From positions 1,525-65,524 of the forward strand of contig CAYOJH010000006.1 in assembly GCA_964404275.1 (NCBI GenBank): a stretch of 64,000 nucleotides of DNA, read 5' to 3'. This document shows positions 20,693 to 29,430 of the stretch, in pieces (position 1 is the first letter of the stretch; each line of letters starts with the position of its first letter). The notes beneath the pieces were generated by a model, which saw nothing but the letters and a program-made list of their open reading frames with translations, was not told the DNA's origin and did not search any database. Source of the DNA: an uncultured Gammaproteobacteria bacterium (GTDB lineage: Bacteria; Patescibacteriota; Patescibacteriia; SG8-24; DYFX01). The position numbers and the translations under genes are program-made.

Positions 20693-21574
20693 TCATCGCA
20701 GGGCCGTCGAGGAGGTCGCGGACGGCAGGATGTCGGCGGCGTAATCGTCGAAATCGGCGTCCATGAAGTCCGTGCGGATGCCGCCGCGTCCGGCCTGCGT
20801 GAAGGCCGGCCCGCCGGCGTTCAGGCCGTCGTCGACCGCTTCGGCGATCGGTTCCCACGTGCCGGTGCGCCCGACGTCCGCGTACAGGCGGATGCGCACG
20901 CGCGTCCCGTCGATGTTTTGCGTTTCGACGCGCAGGCCGATCCAGCTTCCGGTCGGCAAAAGATTCGGATGCGAGGCGCGATCATATTCGCCCGGGAAGA
21001 CCTGGCGCAGCGCCAGCGTGTAATAGGTGCCGCCGATTTTTTTCTTGATGACCGCGTTGCCGTCCACGCGCACGCCGGCGTAGTACAGATTGTTCTCGTC
21101 CTGATAGCGGCTGAAGAGCAGCAGGCCGTTCGATTCGCTGCGATGGACGTCGCGGCTCAGGTTGTAGCGGTTGATGCGGATCCAAACCTGCTGTGACGCG
21201 TCCTGCCAGCCGGCTTTGGCCAGCAGGCGGAAAATGTTCTGGGGATGCTTGCCGTCGTCGGTTTCGCCGGGAGTGTTGAAGGCGTAGAGCTTCCGCCAGG
21301 CGTCGTCCGCCAAGAGCTCGCCCTGGACGGTGCTGCCGACGCCGTTCCAGAGCGTGAAATACGCGCCGGAATTCAGCCACCAATACGGACTCGTGCTGCT
21401 CTCCGGGTCGGACGTTTCTTCCAACCGGCCTTCCGATCCGAAATCGTAGCGGAACGGCAGCGCGGAGCCGGCCTCGCCGCCGCCTCCCCGGACGGAACGC
21501 CAGGTCGAAAAGCCCGCGATCAGCAGGATCGCCAGGAACCACAGGCTTGTTTTCATCGTGAAATTGAAAAGCAT
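20693..21574 (-). CDS. secreted hypothetical protein, paralog A of 26265..27140
   Basis: Signal peptide; shares blocks SSSPYWW(L/V)NSGA, HPQNIFRL, NGLLLF.RYQ, YYAG(V/I)RVDG.AVIKKKI, GGPAFTQAG.GGIRTDFMD with the second copy. Confidence 0.55.
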   Translation of the reverse strand: MLFNFTMKTSLWFLAILLIAGFSTWRSVRGGGGEAGSALPFRYDFGSEGRLEETSDPESSTSPYWWLNSGAYFTLWNGVGSTVQGELLADDAWRKLYAFNTPGETDDGKHPQNIFRLLAKAGWQDASQQVWIRINRYNLSRDVHRSESNGLLLFSRYQDENNLYYAGVRVDGNAVIKKKIGGTYYTLALRQVFPGEYDRASHPNLLPTGSWIGLRVETQNIDGTRVRIRLYADVGRTGTWEPIAEAVDDGLNAGGPAFTQAGRGGIRTDFMDADFDDYAADILPSATSSTALR

Positions 21575-21607
21575 AGGAAGAAAAAGAGAGGGCGGCGAGG
21601 CGTCCTC

Positions 21608-22366
21608 TCAAGAGATGCGCAGGTCCGTGCAGGTGCTGAGGAAGACGTGGAAGGCTTCGTCGAGCCTCCCGACCTTGTCGCCGATGGTTTCGCAAAGGTA
21701 CTTCTGATCAAGCCGTTCCGAGATGCCGCGCTGGTACATGGCCGGGTGCGGAATTTCCGCGTAGTGCGCGGAGGGCACGTGACGCCAGACGCGAAGGAGC
21801 AATTCGATCGGGATGCCGTAGTGCTCCGTCTTGAACGTCTCGATGATGGGCGCGAGCGCGTTCCAGCGGAAGCCCATGAAACCGCTTCTCGCGTCGCTGA
21901 CGGGCCAGCGGGTCACGAGCCGCACCATCTGCGCGATCGCCGTGTTCAGGCAGACGCGGTCGAGCATCGCGCAGCTCGTGTCGGATTTGGGATGGAAGCG
22001 CGAGCAGACGACGACGTCGGCGCCGCGTTCGATCCGCTCCATGACTTCGGGCAGCAGTGACGGTTCGTGTTGGCCGTCTCCGTCGATGCGGATGACGGCG
22101 TCGATCCCGTGGCAGCGGCGATCGATGTATCGGAGCGCGGCGCGCGTGGCGGCGCCGTTTCCGGAGTTCTTTTCGAGGTGCACGACGTGTTCGGTGAAGC
22201 GCGCGGCCAGGGAATCGGAACCGTCGGTCGAGCCGTCGTCGGCCACGACCAGGGCGGAGATGCGATGTCCGGCCGCATGCAGGATGCGTTCGAGCACGGC
22301 GCCGAGTTTTTCCCGCTCGTTGTACACGGGGACGAACACGGCAAAGTTCAAGTTCATTCGTCGCAT
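21608..22366 (-). CDS. glycosyltransferase family 2 (dolichyl-phosphate sugar synthase-like)
   Basis: FAVFVPVYNE start, DDGSTDGS and DGDGQH acidic motifs; probable start MRRMNLNF at 22366 (ORF track extends to 22453). Confidence 0.7.
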   Translation of the reverse strand: MRRMNLNFAVFVPVYNEREKLGAVLERILHAAGHRISALVVADDGSTDGSDSLAARFTEHVVHLEKNSGNGAATRAALRYIDRRCHGIDAVIRIDGDGQHEPSLLPEVMERIERGADVVVCSRFHPKSDTSCAMLDRVCLNTAIAQMVRLVTRWPVSDARSGFMGFRWNALAPIIETFKTEHYGIPIELLLRVWRHVPSAHYAEIPHPAMYQRGISERLDQKYLCETIGDKVGRLDEAFHVFLSTCTDLRIS

Positions 22367-22453
22367 GACGGACTTCCTCCTGCGTGTGGGCGCAATTCGC
22401 GCGCCCGGAGAAATCCCCGACGGATCGTCAGGAATTCGGCCGGACCGCGCCAA

Positions 22454-23191
22454 TCAGCAGACGAGCTCTGCCGCCAGGAGCTGCGCGGGCGTGTTCACGC
22501 CCAGGCCTTCTCGTTCGTCTTCGAGCCGGACGCCACGCACGCTTTCGCCCTCCGCGAAGGTCAGCGCGACCAGATCGGTCAGATAGAATTCGCCGGACGC
22601 GTTTTCCGCGGTCAGCCGCGCGACGTTCCGTTTCAGCCAGGGGCCGCGGAAGCAGTAGGTGCCGACGTTGACTTCGCGAATGCGCGCGCCTTCGTGCGTG
22701 GCGTCTTTCCGTTCGACGATGCCGATGATGCGGTCATCGTTGTCTCGGAGAATGCGCCCGCAATCGTCGAAAGCTTCGCGGAGGCCGGTGAAATCCGGCA
22801 CGTAGACGGTCGCGAGCGAGACGGCCGCGTCGGACGCTTCGCGCGCGCCGACCACCGCGTAGAGCGACTGGGCGGTGACGAGCGGATGATCGCCCGGCAC
22901 GATCACGACGGATTCTTCGGGCGTCTCGAGCGCTTCGATGGCGCAGCGGACGGCGTCGCCCGTTCCACGCGGCTCCTGTTGGACGACGAAGGCGCACGGC
23001 ACGCCTTCAAGCGCGTTCCGGATTTCACCGGCCTGATCGCCGACCACGACGGTCGGCCGCGGACAGAGCACGCGGGCGGCGCTCAGCACGCGCTCGATCA
23101 TCGGCACGCCGCCGACGGTTTGCAGGACTTTCGGCCGCTCGGATCCCATGCGGGTGCCTTTGCCGGCGGCCAAGATGATGACGTGGGCCAT
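22454..23191 (-). CDS. sugar-1-phosphate nucleotidyltransferase (GlmU N-terminal-like, probably UDP-GlcNAc pyrophosphorylase)
   Basis: ILAAGKGTRMGSERPKVL signature of GlmU/NTP_transferase N-terminal domain; lacks C-terminal acetyltransferase repeat domain. Confidence 0.75.
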   Translation of the reverse strand: MAHVIILAAGKGTRMGSERPKVLQTVGGVPMIERVLSAARVLCPRPTVVVGDQAGEIRNALEGVPCAFVVQQEPRGTGDAVRCAIEALETPEESVVIVPGDHPLVTAQSLYAVVGAREASDAAVSLATVYVPDFTGLREAFDDCGRILRDNDDRIIGIVERKDATHEGARIREVNVGTYCFRGPWLKRNVARLTAENASGEFYLTDLVALTFAEGESVRGVRLEDEREGLGVNTPAQLLAAELVC

Positions 23192-23197
23192 AGCGGG

Positions 23198-24769
23198 TTA
23201 TTTCAACGGGGTGAGGCTGACGTTTTTGACGTGGATCTCGGCCGTCGCCAGGCGGGGATCCCAGATCTTGAAGCCGACGCCGCCGATGCCGTCGGGCACC
23301 GTCGTCGACGCGACGGCCTCGCCTTCGGCGTAGCAGGTCGCGCTCCGGCCCTGCACGCTCATGCCGAGCGACGTCCGGCGGCCGTTCGCGAGCGCGACGG
23401 GATCGTGCTGCTCGAAAATCCGCTGCGTCGCGCCGTCGATCGTGCTCGTGATCGCCACCCAGCCGTCCGTGCCGAAGATGCAGGACAGATAATTCTGCCC
23501 GTCCTTATAGCGCGACATGAGCGTGACGTTGCTGCCGCTCGTCCAGTCGAGCGTCGCGTCGAAGCGGTAGTCCTTCCAGGTTTTCGTGCCGTCCAAGAAG
23601 GCCGCCGCGCCGGTCGTCGTCGAGGTGGCGCCGAGCGTCGCGTCGCCGTTCGCGATCCGCGCGTCGCCCCAGGACCTGCGCCAGCCGGCATTCTCTGCGA
23701 AGTCGTCCGCGTACGGAAGCGATTTGTCCAAGCCGCCTTCGAGATAGGCGAGAAGCTGCGCGCCGGTCCAATCCGTCGGCACTTCGATGCGCTTGAGCCG
23801 CAGGCGGTTGTCGGTCGAGTAGTTCAAGATGTACTCGCCTTGGTTCTGCCAGACCTGACGAAAGGCCACGCGGTAGTTGTCGCCCTCGAGCGACGCGATT
23901 GCGCTGATCGCGCCCGGATTATTCACGGTCTGCTGACCGTAGTCGCCGAACGGATACGAGGTCGCGTCGACCTGGACGCCGAAATTCGATTCGAGGACGT
24001 GCTTCGAGCCGACGATCTCACTGGTGATGCGCGTGAAATATTCGTCGTCGGTCTCGAGTCGGCCGATCGTCGGGAGCCAGGCCTTGTTGCTCAGGAAATT
24101 CCCCTGGGTGCCGTTCCCGTCGACCGGCACGAAGCCGCCGGTGCTTTGGATGTCATGCGAGCCGATCTCCCAGTTGCCGGACGCGACCATCTCCTTGATG
24201 TCGGAGGTCGTGATGTAATAGCCGCTGAGTCCGCTCGGCGCCGGCACCGAGTCGGCCGTGGCGATGAACATCACGGCCTTGAAGCCCAGGGCCTTCAGGA
24301 CCGGATCGGCCTTTTCATAGCTGTCGCGCCGTCCATCGTCGAACGTCAGGAGGAACGAGCGACGCGGCAGGCGCTTTTCGCCGCGCTGGAAGGCGTAGTA
24401 GTCCTCGAGCGAGATCGTTTGATAGCCGGCGGCCTTAAGCGTGTAGAGCTGATCCTTGAACGTGTCGGTCGTCATGCTGAAGCGGTCGGGACCGTTCACG
24501 ATGCCGTGATAGAGGAGCACCGGCACGCCGTCCTCGGTTTCCGTGGCGGAGGCCAGCGCGTCCGGGCTGCCGAAGACCGAGAAGATCGCTTGCAGCGCGC
24601 CAGCGCCGCCGAAACGCGCGTATTCCGCGCGGTCGAGGAAGGCGTCGATCGTGCGCGACGGGAGCTTGAAATCGATATTGCGCGCGTAAATCGTGCCGGT
24701 GCCGATCGCGAGCGCCAGACAGCCGGCGATCACGGAGAAGTAGATTTTCTGGCGGGCAATGTGCGTCAT
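23198..24769 (-). CDS. polysaccharide deacetylase (NodB homology / CE4) with C-terminal beta-domain
   Basis: N-terminal TM; LLTFDDGRRDSY and NodB-type His motifs; ~200-aa C-terminal extension. Confidence 0.75.
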   Translation of the reverse strand: MTHIARQKIYFSVIAGCLALAIGTGTIYARNIDFKLPSRTIDAFLDRAEYARFGGAGALQAIFSVFGSPDALASATETEDGVPVLLYHGIVNGPDRFSMTTDTFKDQLYTLKAAGYQTISLEDYYAFQRGEKRLPRRSFLLTFDDGRRDSYEKADPVLKALGFKAVMFIATADSVPAPSGLSGYYITTSDIKEMVASGNWEIGSHDIQSTGGFVPVDGNGTQGNFLSNKAWLPTIGRLETDDEYFTRITSEIVGSKHVLESNFGVQVDATSYPFGDYGQQTVNNPGAISAIASLEGDNYRVAFRQVWQNQGEYILNYSTDNRLRLKRIEVPTDWTGAQLLAYLEGGLDKSLPYADDFAENAGWRRSWGDARIANGDATLGATSTTTGAAAFLDGTKTWKDYRFDATLDWTSGSNVTLMSRYKDGQNYLSCIFGTDGWVAITSTIDGATQRIFEQHDPVALANGRRTSLGMSVQGRSATCYAEGEAVASTTVPDGIGGVGFKIWDPRLATAEIHVKNVSLTPLK

Positions 24770-24793
24770 AGATGACGGGGGATCAAACGGGGA

Positions 24794-26122
24794 TCAGCGC
24801 GTGCCCCATTTACGGTCCTGGATGTTGAAGACCGCGTAGTACAGGACGAACGAAAGGACCACCATGTTCATCGCCGACCAGGCGAAGACGTACGGCCAGT
24901 AGCGATTTTCGCGGGAAGCGTAGCGGTAATAAATCGTGACGATGCAGGCCACCAGGAAGACGCCGAAGACGTAGTAGGTGGGCCACTCGTGCTTGACGAT
25001 CGGGTTGTAGATCAGCGCCTTGGTCGCCATGATCGGGGTCAAGAGCGTCAGGAAAATCAGCGGGAAGAAATACGAGAAGGCCACGAACGGGCGCTCTTTC
25101 CAAATGAACTTGCCCGCAAACAGGGAATTGACCAGCCAGCCTTTCTTCCAGCGAACCTGCTGCTTCAAAAGCTGCCGCATGTTCTCCGGGCAGATCGTGT
25201 AGGCCTGCGCGAGGTCGGAATACATCGTCTTGTAGCCGAGCCGCAGGACGCGGTTGGTGAGCGCGCGATCGTCGCCCCAGGTGACCGACAAGCCCAGGAA
25301 CTTTTCGTTGAGCCACTCGTCGAGCATCGGCAGGACGAGGTCGCGGCGGTAGGCCGAACTGCAGCCGCTGCAGCAGAAGACGGTGAAGAACGTCGACTCG
25401 GCGGCTTTGAGGATGCGGAAGGACAGGAAGTAATAGGCGGCCTGCATGCGCGTCAGCAGGTTCGTGTCCGCGTTTTCCGGATCGGCATGCGCGCAGACGG
25501 CGCCGACCGTCTTGTTGCGGAACGGCTCGATGATCTCGCGGAAGGTCGTCGGATCCATGTAGCTGTCGCTGTCGAGCTGCAAGATGATCTCGCCGGTCGC
25601 GCGCCGGAAGCCTTCGGCCATGCCATGGCGCTTGCCGTGATTCTTCCTCCAATTGATCACGGTCAGCCGCGGATAGCGCAGCTGTAGCTCGCGCAGCACG
25701 TCGAGCGTGTGGTCCGTGCTGCCGTCGTTGATGACGATCACTTCGAGCTTCTCCTCCGGGTAGTCGGCCTCGAAGGATTTCGTCACGGTCTTGGCGATCG
25801 ACTTCTCTTCGTTCATGCACGGGATGACGATCGAGACCGTCGGTTCGAATGCCCCGGTGATCAGCTCGTCCGGCGAATCGATCGCCTCGAAATGCGCGTC
25901 GTTGCGGTAGAACATCGCGCCGAGCACGCGCGAGAGTTCGAAGCTGGTCACGAAAATCGTGTAGGCCAGGAGCAGGGGATCCTGCACGTAGTCGGCCGCC
26001 GTCCTCGCTTTGGAAATGATCACGAGGCTGAGGACCAGGAATCCCAAAAAGATCAAGCTGACGCGATAGACGGAATCCGGCAGGAAAGGCGCCCTTTTCA
26101 AGGAGAGGGTCAGACTCGGCAT
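24794..26122 (-). CDS. processive membrane glycosyltransferase family 2 (PNAG/chitin/cellulose synthase-like)
   Basis: N-terminal TMs, GT-A core with DGS, DSD, and QVRWKKGW (QxxRW) processivity motif, C-terminal TM bundle. Confidence 0.75.
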   Translation of the reverse strand: MPSLTLSLKRAPFLPDSVYRVSLIFLGFLVLSLVIISKARTAADYVQDPLLLAYTIFVTSFELSRVLGAMFYRNDAHFEAIDSPDELITGAFEPTVSIVIPCMNEEKSIAKTVTKSFEADYPEEKLEVIVINDGSTDHTLDVLRELQLRYPRLTVINWRKNHGKRHGMAEGFRRATGEIILQLDSDSYMDPTTFREIIEPFRNKTVGAVCAHADPENADTNLLTRMQAAYYFLSFRILKAAESTFFTVFCCSGCSSAYRRDLVLPMLDEWLNEKFLGLSVTWGDDRALTNRVLRLGYKTMYSDLAQAYTICPENMRQLLKQQVRWKKGWLVNSLFAGKFIWKERPFVAFSYFFPLIFLTLLTPIMATKALIYNPIVKHEWPTYYVFGVFLVACIVTIYYRYASRENRYWPYVFAWSAMNMVVLSFVLYYAVFNIQDRKWGTR

Positions 26123-26204
26123 AACTTCCAGATGGCTTGAGAGAAGCGTGCGCTTCGGGCTTATCTACTGGCTCAGACGCCCGACGTGCTCATTTCTTTA
26201 CATA

Positions 26205-26247
26205 AAAAAACACCCCCCGCGCCGTGCTGGCGCGAGGGGTGTTTTTT
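26205..26247. terminator. bidirectional rho-independent terminator
   Basis: aaaaaaacaccccccgcgcc-gtgct-ggcgcgaggggtgtttttt hairpin with flanking A/T runs. Confidence 0.5.
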
Positions 26248-26264
26248 ACGATGGGTTCGCGCCG

Positions 26265-27140
26265 TTAGAGCGCTTGGACTTCGTAGTTGTCGAGATCGAT
26301 GTCCATGAAGTCGGTGCGGATGCCGCCGTGGCCGGCCTGAGTGAAGGCCGGACCGCCGAAGCTCGCGCCGTCGTCGATCGCGCTCGCGACCAGCGTCCAG
26401 ACGCCGGTCTTGCCGACGTCCATGTAGAGCTTGATCGAAACGCGGCTGGCGTCGAGGTTCACGACTTCGGTCTTCAGCTTGATCCAGGTGCCCGGAGCGG
26501 GCAGGAGATACGGATTCGTGTCGCGGTTGTACGCGCCGGGGAAGATCTGCGGATACGTCATCGTGTAGTAGATGCCGTTGATCTTCTTCTTGATGACGGC
26601 GTGCCCGTCCACGCGGATGCCCGCGTAGTAGGTGTTCATGCCGTTCTGGTAGCGGTTGAACAGCAGGAGGCCGTTCGAGGCGCTGCGGTGCTCGTCCGTG
26701 CTCAAGTGATAGGCGTTGATGCGGTACGAGACTTTCTGCGAGTCGTTCTGGAAGTTCGCGCGCGAGACCAGGCGGAAGATGTTCTGCGGATGCGTGCCGT
26801 TATCCGTTTCGCCCGGGTCGTTCTGCTTGTAGAGCTGCGCCCAGGGATCGGTCGCGGGCAGGTCGCCTTGGATGGTGCTGCCGAGGCCGTCATGCAAGTA
26901 CATTTTGGCGCCGGAGTTCACCCACCAGTACGGGCTCGAGCTGCTGTCCATATCGCCGGTCTCGGCCAAGGTGCCGGGGACCGTGAACGTGTACGTGAAC
27001 GGGAGCGTGACTTGGGCCGAGGTGGCGGCCAGTACCGCGACGGGGTTGAGCGTCATGACGAGGCTCAAAACGCCGGATACAAAAAAGCCGATGACGGCAA
27101 GTTTTCGCTGACGTAACGCGAACAGGTTCCGTAAATCCAT
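26265..27140 (-). CDS. secreted hypothetical protein, paralog B of 20693..21574
   Basis: Signal peptide (start MDLRNLF at 27140 preferred over 27212); same conserved blocks as paralog A. Confidence 0.55.
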   Translation of the reverse strand: MDLRNLFALRQRKLAVIGFFVSGVLSLVMTLNPVAVLAATSAQVTLPFTYTFTVPGTLAETGDMDSSSSPYWWVNSGAKMYLHDGLGSTIQGDLPATDPWAQLYKQNDPGETDNGTHPQNIFRLVSRANFQNDSQKVSYRINAYHLSTDEHRSASNGLLLFNRYQNGMNTYYAGIRVDGHAVIKKKINGIYYTMTYPQIFPGAYNRDTNPYLLPAPGTWIKLKTEVVNLDASRVSIKLYMDVGKTGVWTLVASAIDDGASFGGPAFTQAGHGGIRTDFMDIDLDNYEVQAL

Positions 27141-27280
27141 GAGAGAATGGTTAGAATAATGCGGACCGCGTCCACCGTAGCAACTCACCTGGACGAGGTC
27201 AAGAAAACTCAATAAAAATGGCTCTTTTTAGCGAATTCTCAGAATGAAAAAAATCCCCCGACGAGCGGGGAATTCTTTTC

Positions 27281-29329
27281 TTAGCGCAGACCGGCGCGAA
27301 CGGCGTAGATTTCGAGACCGGCCTTCTCTTCATCGGTCAGTCCGGCGCTCTCGGCGATCGCGCGATCCAATTCATCGATTTCTGCCGTGACGGAATCGCC
27401 GACGTAGATCGTCCCGCGCGGATCGTTCTTGGCCAGGCGGTCCTCGACGTAGATTTTGCGGACGGCTTCGATCTCGTCCTGGCGATCGGAGAGATATTCC
27501 CCGAGCGCGCGGCGATACAGCGTCGTCACGGAGTCGCCTTCGGCGGCCACGACCGTATACGGTCCGTAGGACGCGGCGGCGGGCTCGATGGCCGGCACGT
27601 TCGCCGGCGGCAGCTCGTCGGACGACGGCGCGGCGGCCACGACGGTGGCTTGGATGGACGGGTGATTGCCCGTCAGGACGAAGCCGGACGTCACGAGCAT
27701 GAGCAGCACCGCCGCGAACGAGGCCGCCGTGCGCGGACCCCAGCCGCGATCGTCATGCATCGAGGCCATCGTGCGGAAGCCGTGCCAGAGGAACAGGCCG
27801 TTCGTCGCGAGGAAGAAGAAAATCCAGAAGAGGACGGAGTAATAGTTCACGTCCGTGATCGGCAGGCGGCCGCTGGAGGCGGCGAGGCTGACCAGCGTGG
27901 CATAGGCCAGGACATACAGCGCGTTGAATCCGATCAGCGAGCCGAAGGCCTTCGAAACGCCGTTGCTCTTGGCGTTCGTCGGCTGCCAGCCGAGGCTGCG
28001 GCCGAGCAGGTTCGTCATGACCGCGTGGCTATAGCTGTAGGAATGGGCCATGCGAACCAAGACCGATCCGTATTTCGGCGCGGAGCGGCGGAACAGCGGA
28101 AGCACGATGAAACTGAAGGAGATGTAGGGCAGGAACGGCACGGCGTTGACCAGCGAAATCTTGTCGAAGTGGCGGAAAAGCAGCACGAAGACCTGGAAGG
28201 CCATGAGCAGCGACAAGGCGTGCGTCAGGTAATAGAGGAAGCCGGACCAGTAGCACAAGCGCTGGGCGAAGCTGATCTTGGCGGTCCGGAATTTCTTCGA
28301 AAGCATCAGGCTCATGCTGCCACTGCACCAGCGATGCTGCTGATGGAAATAGGCGTGCAGGTTATCGGGGCAGAGGCCGATCGCCAGGATCAGCGGCACG
28401 TATTTGATCTTCCAGCCTTTGGCGATCAGGTTAAAGCCCGTGTGCACGTCCTCGCTGTGCTCGATCTGCACGGTGCCGCCGATCTCGTCGAGAGCGCTGC
28501 GGCGATAGACGGCATTCGAACCGACGCAAATCGCTCCGCCCAAGGCGTCGCGCGAGACTTGGATCACGCGGTAAAAATCTTCCTGCGTCTGGCCGGCGCC
28601 GAATTCGAGCGGGGAGCGGCGATGGATGTCCGCGTCGGCTTGGAAATACTGCGGAGACTGCGCGATCGCGACGCGCGGATCCTGCATGTACGGAAGCAGC
28701 TCCTGGATGAACTCGGGACGCGGCGCGAAGTCGGCGTCGAAGACGACGATGAATTCGCCCTTCGAACGCTCATGCCCGTACTTCAAGTTGCCGGCCTTTT
28801 TCATCTGGCCGCGATCCGGGCGGGACAGGTATTCGAAACCCAGGCGGGCGGCCAGTTTCTTGGCCGCTTCGTCGCCGCCATCGTCCAGCACGTAGACCGT
28901 CTTGTTGGCGTAGGCGATGTCTTTCACGGCCGCGAAGGTCGTCTCGAGCAGGCTGATATCCTCGCCGCAAATCGGCAGGAAGACGTCGACGCTCGGGCGC
29001 TCGCTCTTCTGCCAGAAGGACTTCACCAACGCCCTGTGCCCGCGGACGTCGAAGGCTTTGTAGAACAGATTGATGCCGTAGCTGATCAGGTGGTAGAGGG
29101 TGAACAGCAAAATGATCGGGCCGAAAATCAGCCAATACCAGCGGTTCAGCGAAAAGAAAATGACGTAGCCGTACACGACGCCAAACCAGGTCAGGATGCC
29201 GAGGGCGTAGACGGCATGGACCAGGCGGGCATTTTTAACCACGAAAGCGTACATGTCGTACGCCGGGGAGCGGCGGGATTGGTTTTTCATATGACGGGCT
29301 TGTATATCACGGAATTGAGCCGGTGTCAA
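27281..29329 (-). CDS. processive membrane glycosyltransferase family 2 (cellulose synthase-like) with hydrophilic C-terminal extension
   Basis: N-terminal TMs; VLDDGGDE, DAD, and HQQHRWCSGS (QxxRW) motifs; multiple C-terminal TMs then ~130-aa soluble tail. Confidence 0.7.
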   Translation of the reverse strand: MTPAQFRDIQARHMKNQSRRSPAYDMYAFVVKNARLVHAVYALGILTWFGVVYGYVIFFSLNRWYWLIFGPIILLFTLYHLISYGINLFYKAFDVRGHRALVKSFWQKSERPSVDVFLPICGEDISLLETTFAAVKDIAYANKTVYVLDDGGDEAAKKLAARLGFEYLSRPDRGQMKKAGNLKYGHERSKGEFIVVFDADFAPRPEFIQELLPYMQDPRVAIAQSPQYFQADADIHRRSPLEFGAGQTQEDFYRVIQVSRDALGGAICVGSNAVYRRSALDEIGGTVQIEHSEDVHTGFNLIAKGWKIKYVPLILAIGLCPDNLHAYFHQQHRWCSGSMSLMLSKKFRTAKISFAQRLCYWSGFLYYLTHALSLLMAFQVFVLLFRHFDKISLVNAVPFLPYISFSFIVLPLFRRSAPKYGSVLVRMAHSYSYSHAVMTNLLGRSLGWQPTNAKSNGVSKAFGSLIGFNALYVLAYATLVSLAASSGRLPITDVNYYSVLFWIFFFLATNGLFLWHGFRTMASMHDDRGWGPRTAASFAAVLLMLVTSGFVLTGNHPSIQATVVAAAPSSDELPPANVPAIEPAAASYGPYTVVAAEGDSVTTLYRRALGEYLSDRQDEIEAVRKIYVEDRLAKNDPRGTIYVGDSVTAEIDELDRAIAESAGLTDEEKAGLEIYAVRAGLR

Positions 29330-29430
29330 GAGCCAGCCTTGGCGGAAAAAGGCCGTTTTTCATGACAATCCCAGCTGGACGGGCTATACTCCCAGCGTTC
29401 GATTCATTTTTGTCATCATCTTCACCACGC

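Noticed and set aside
29323-29430. N-terminal extension of the giant secreted protein (ORF track start 29323)
   Set aside because: The extension lacks a signal peptide and overlaps the divergent synthase start. The ATG at 29431 gives a canonical signal peptide.
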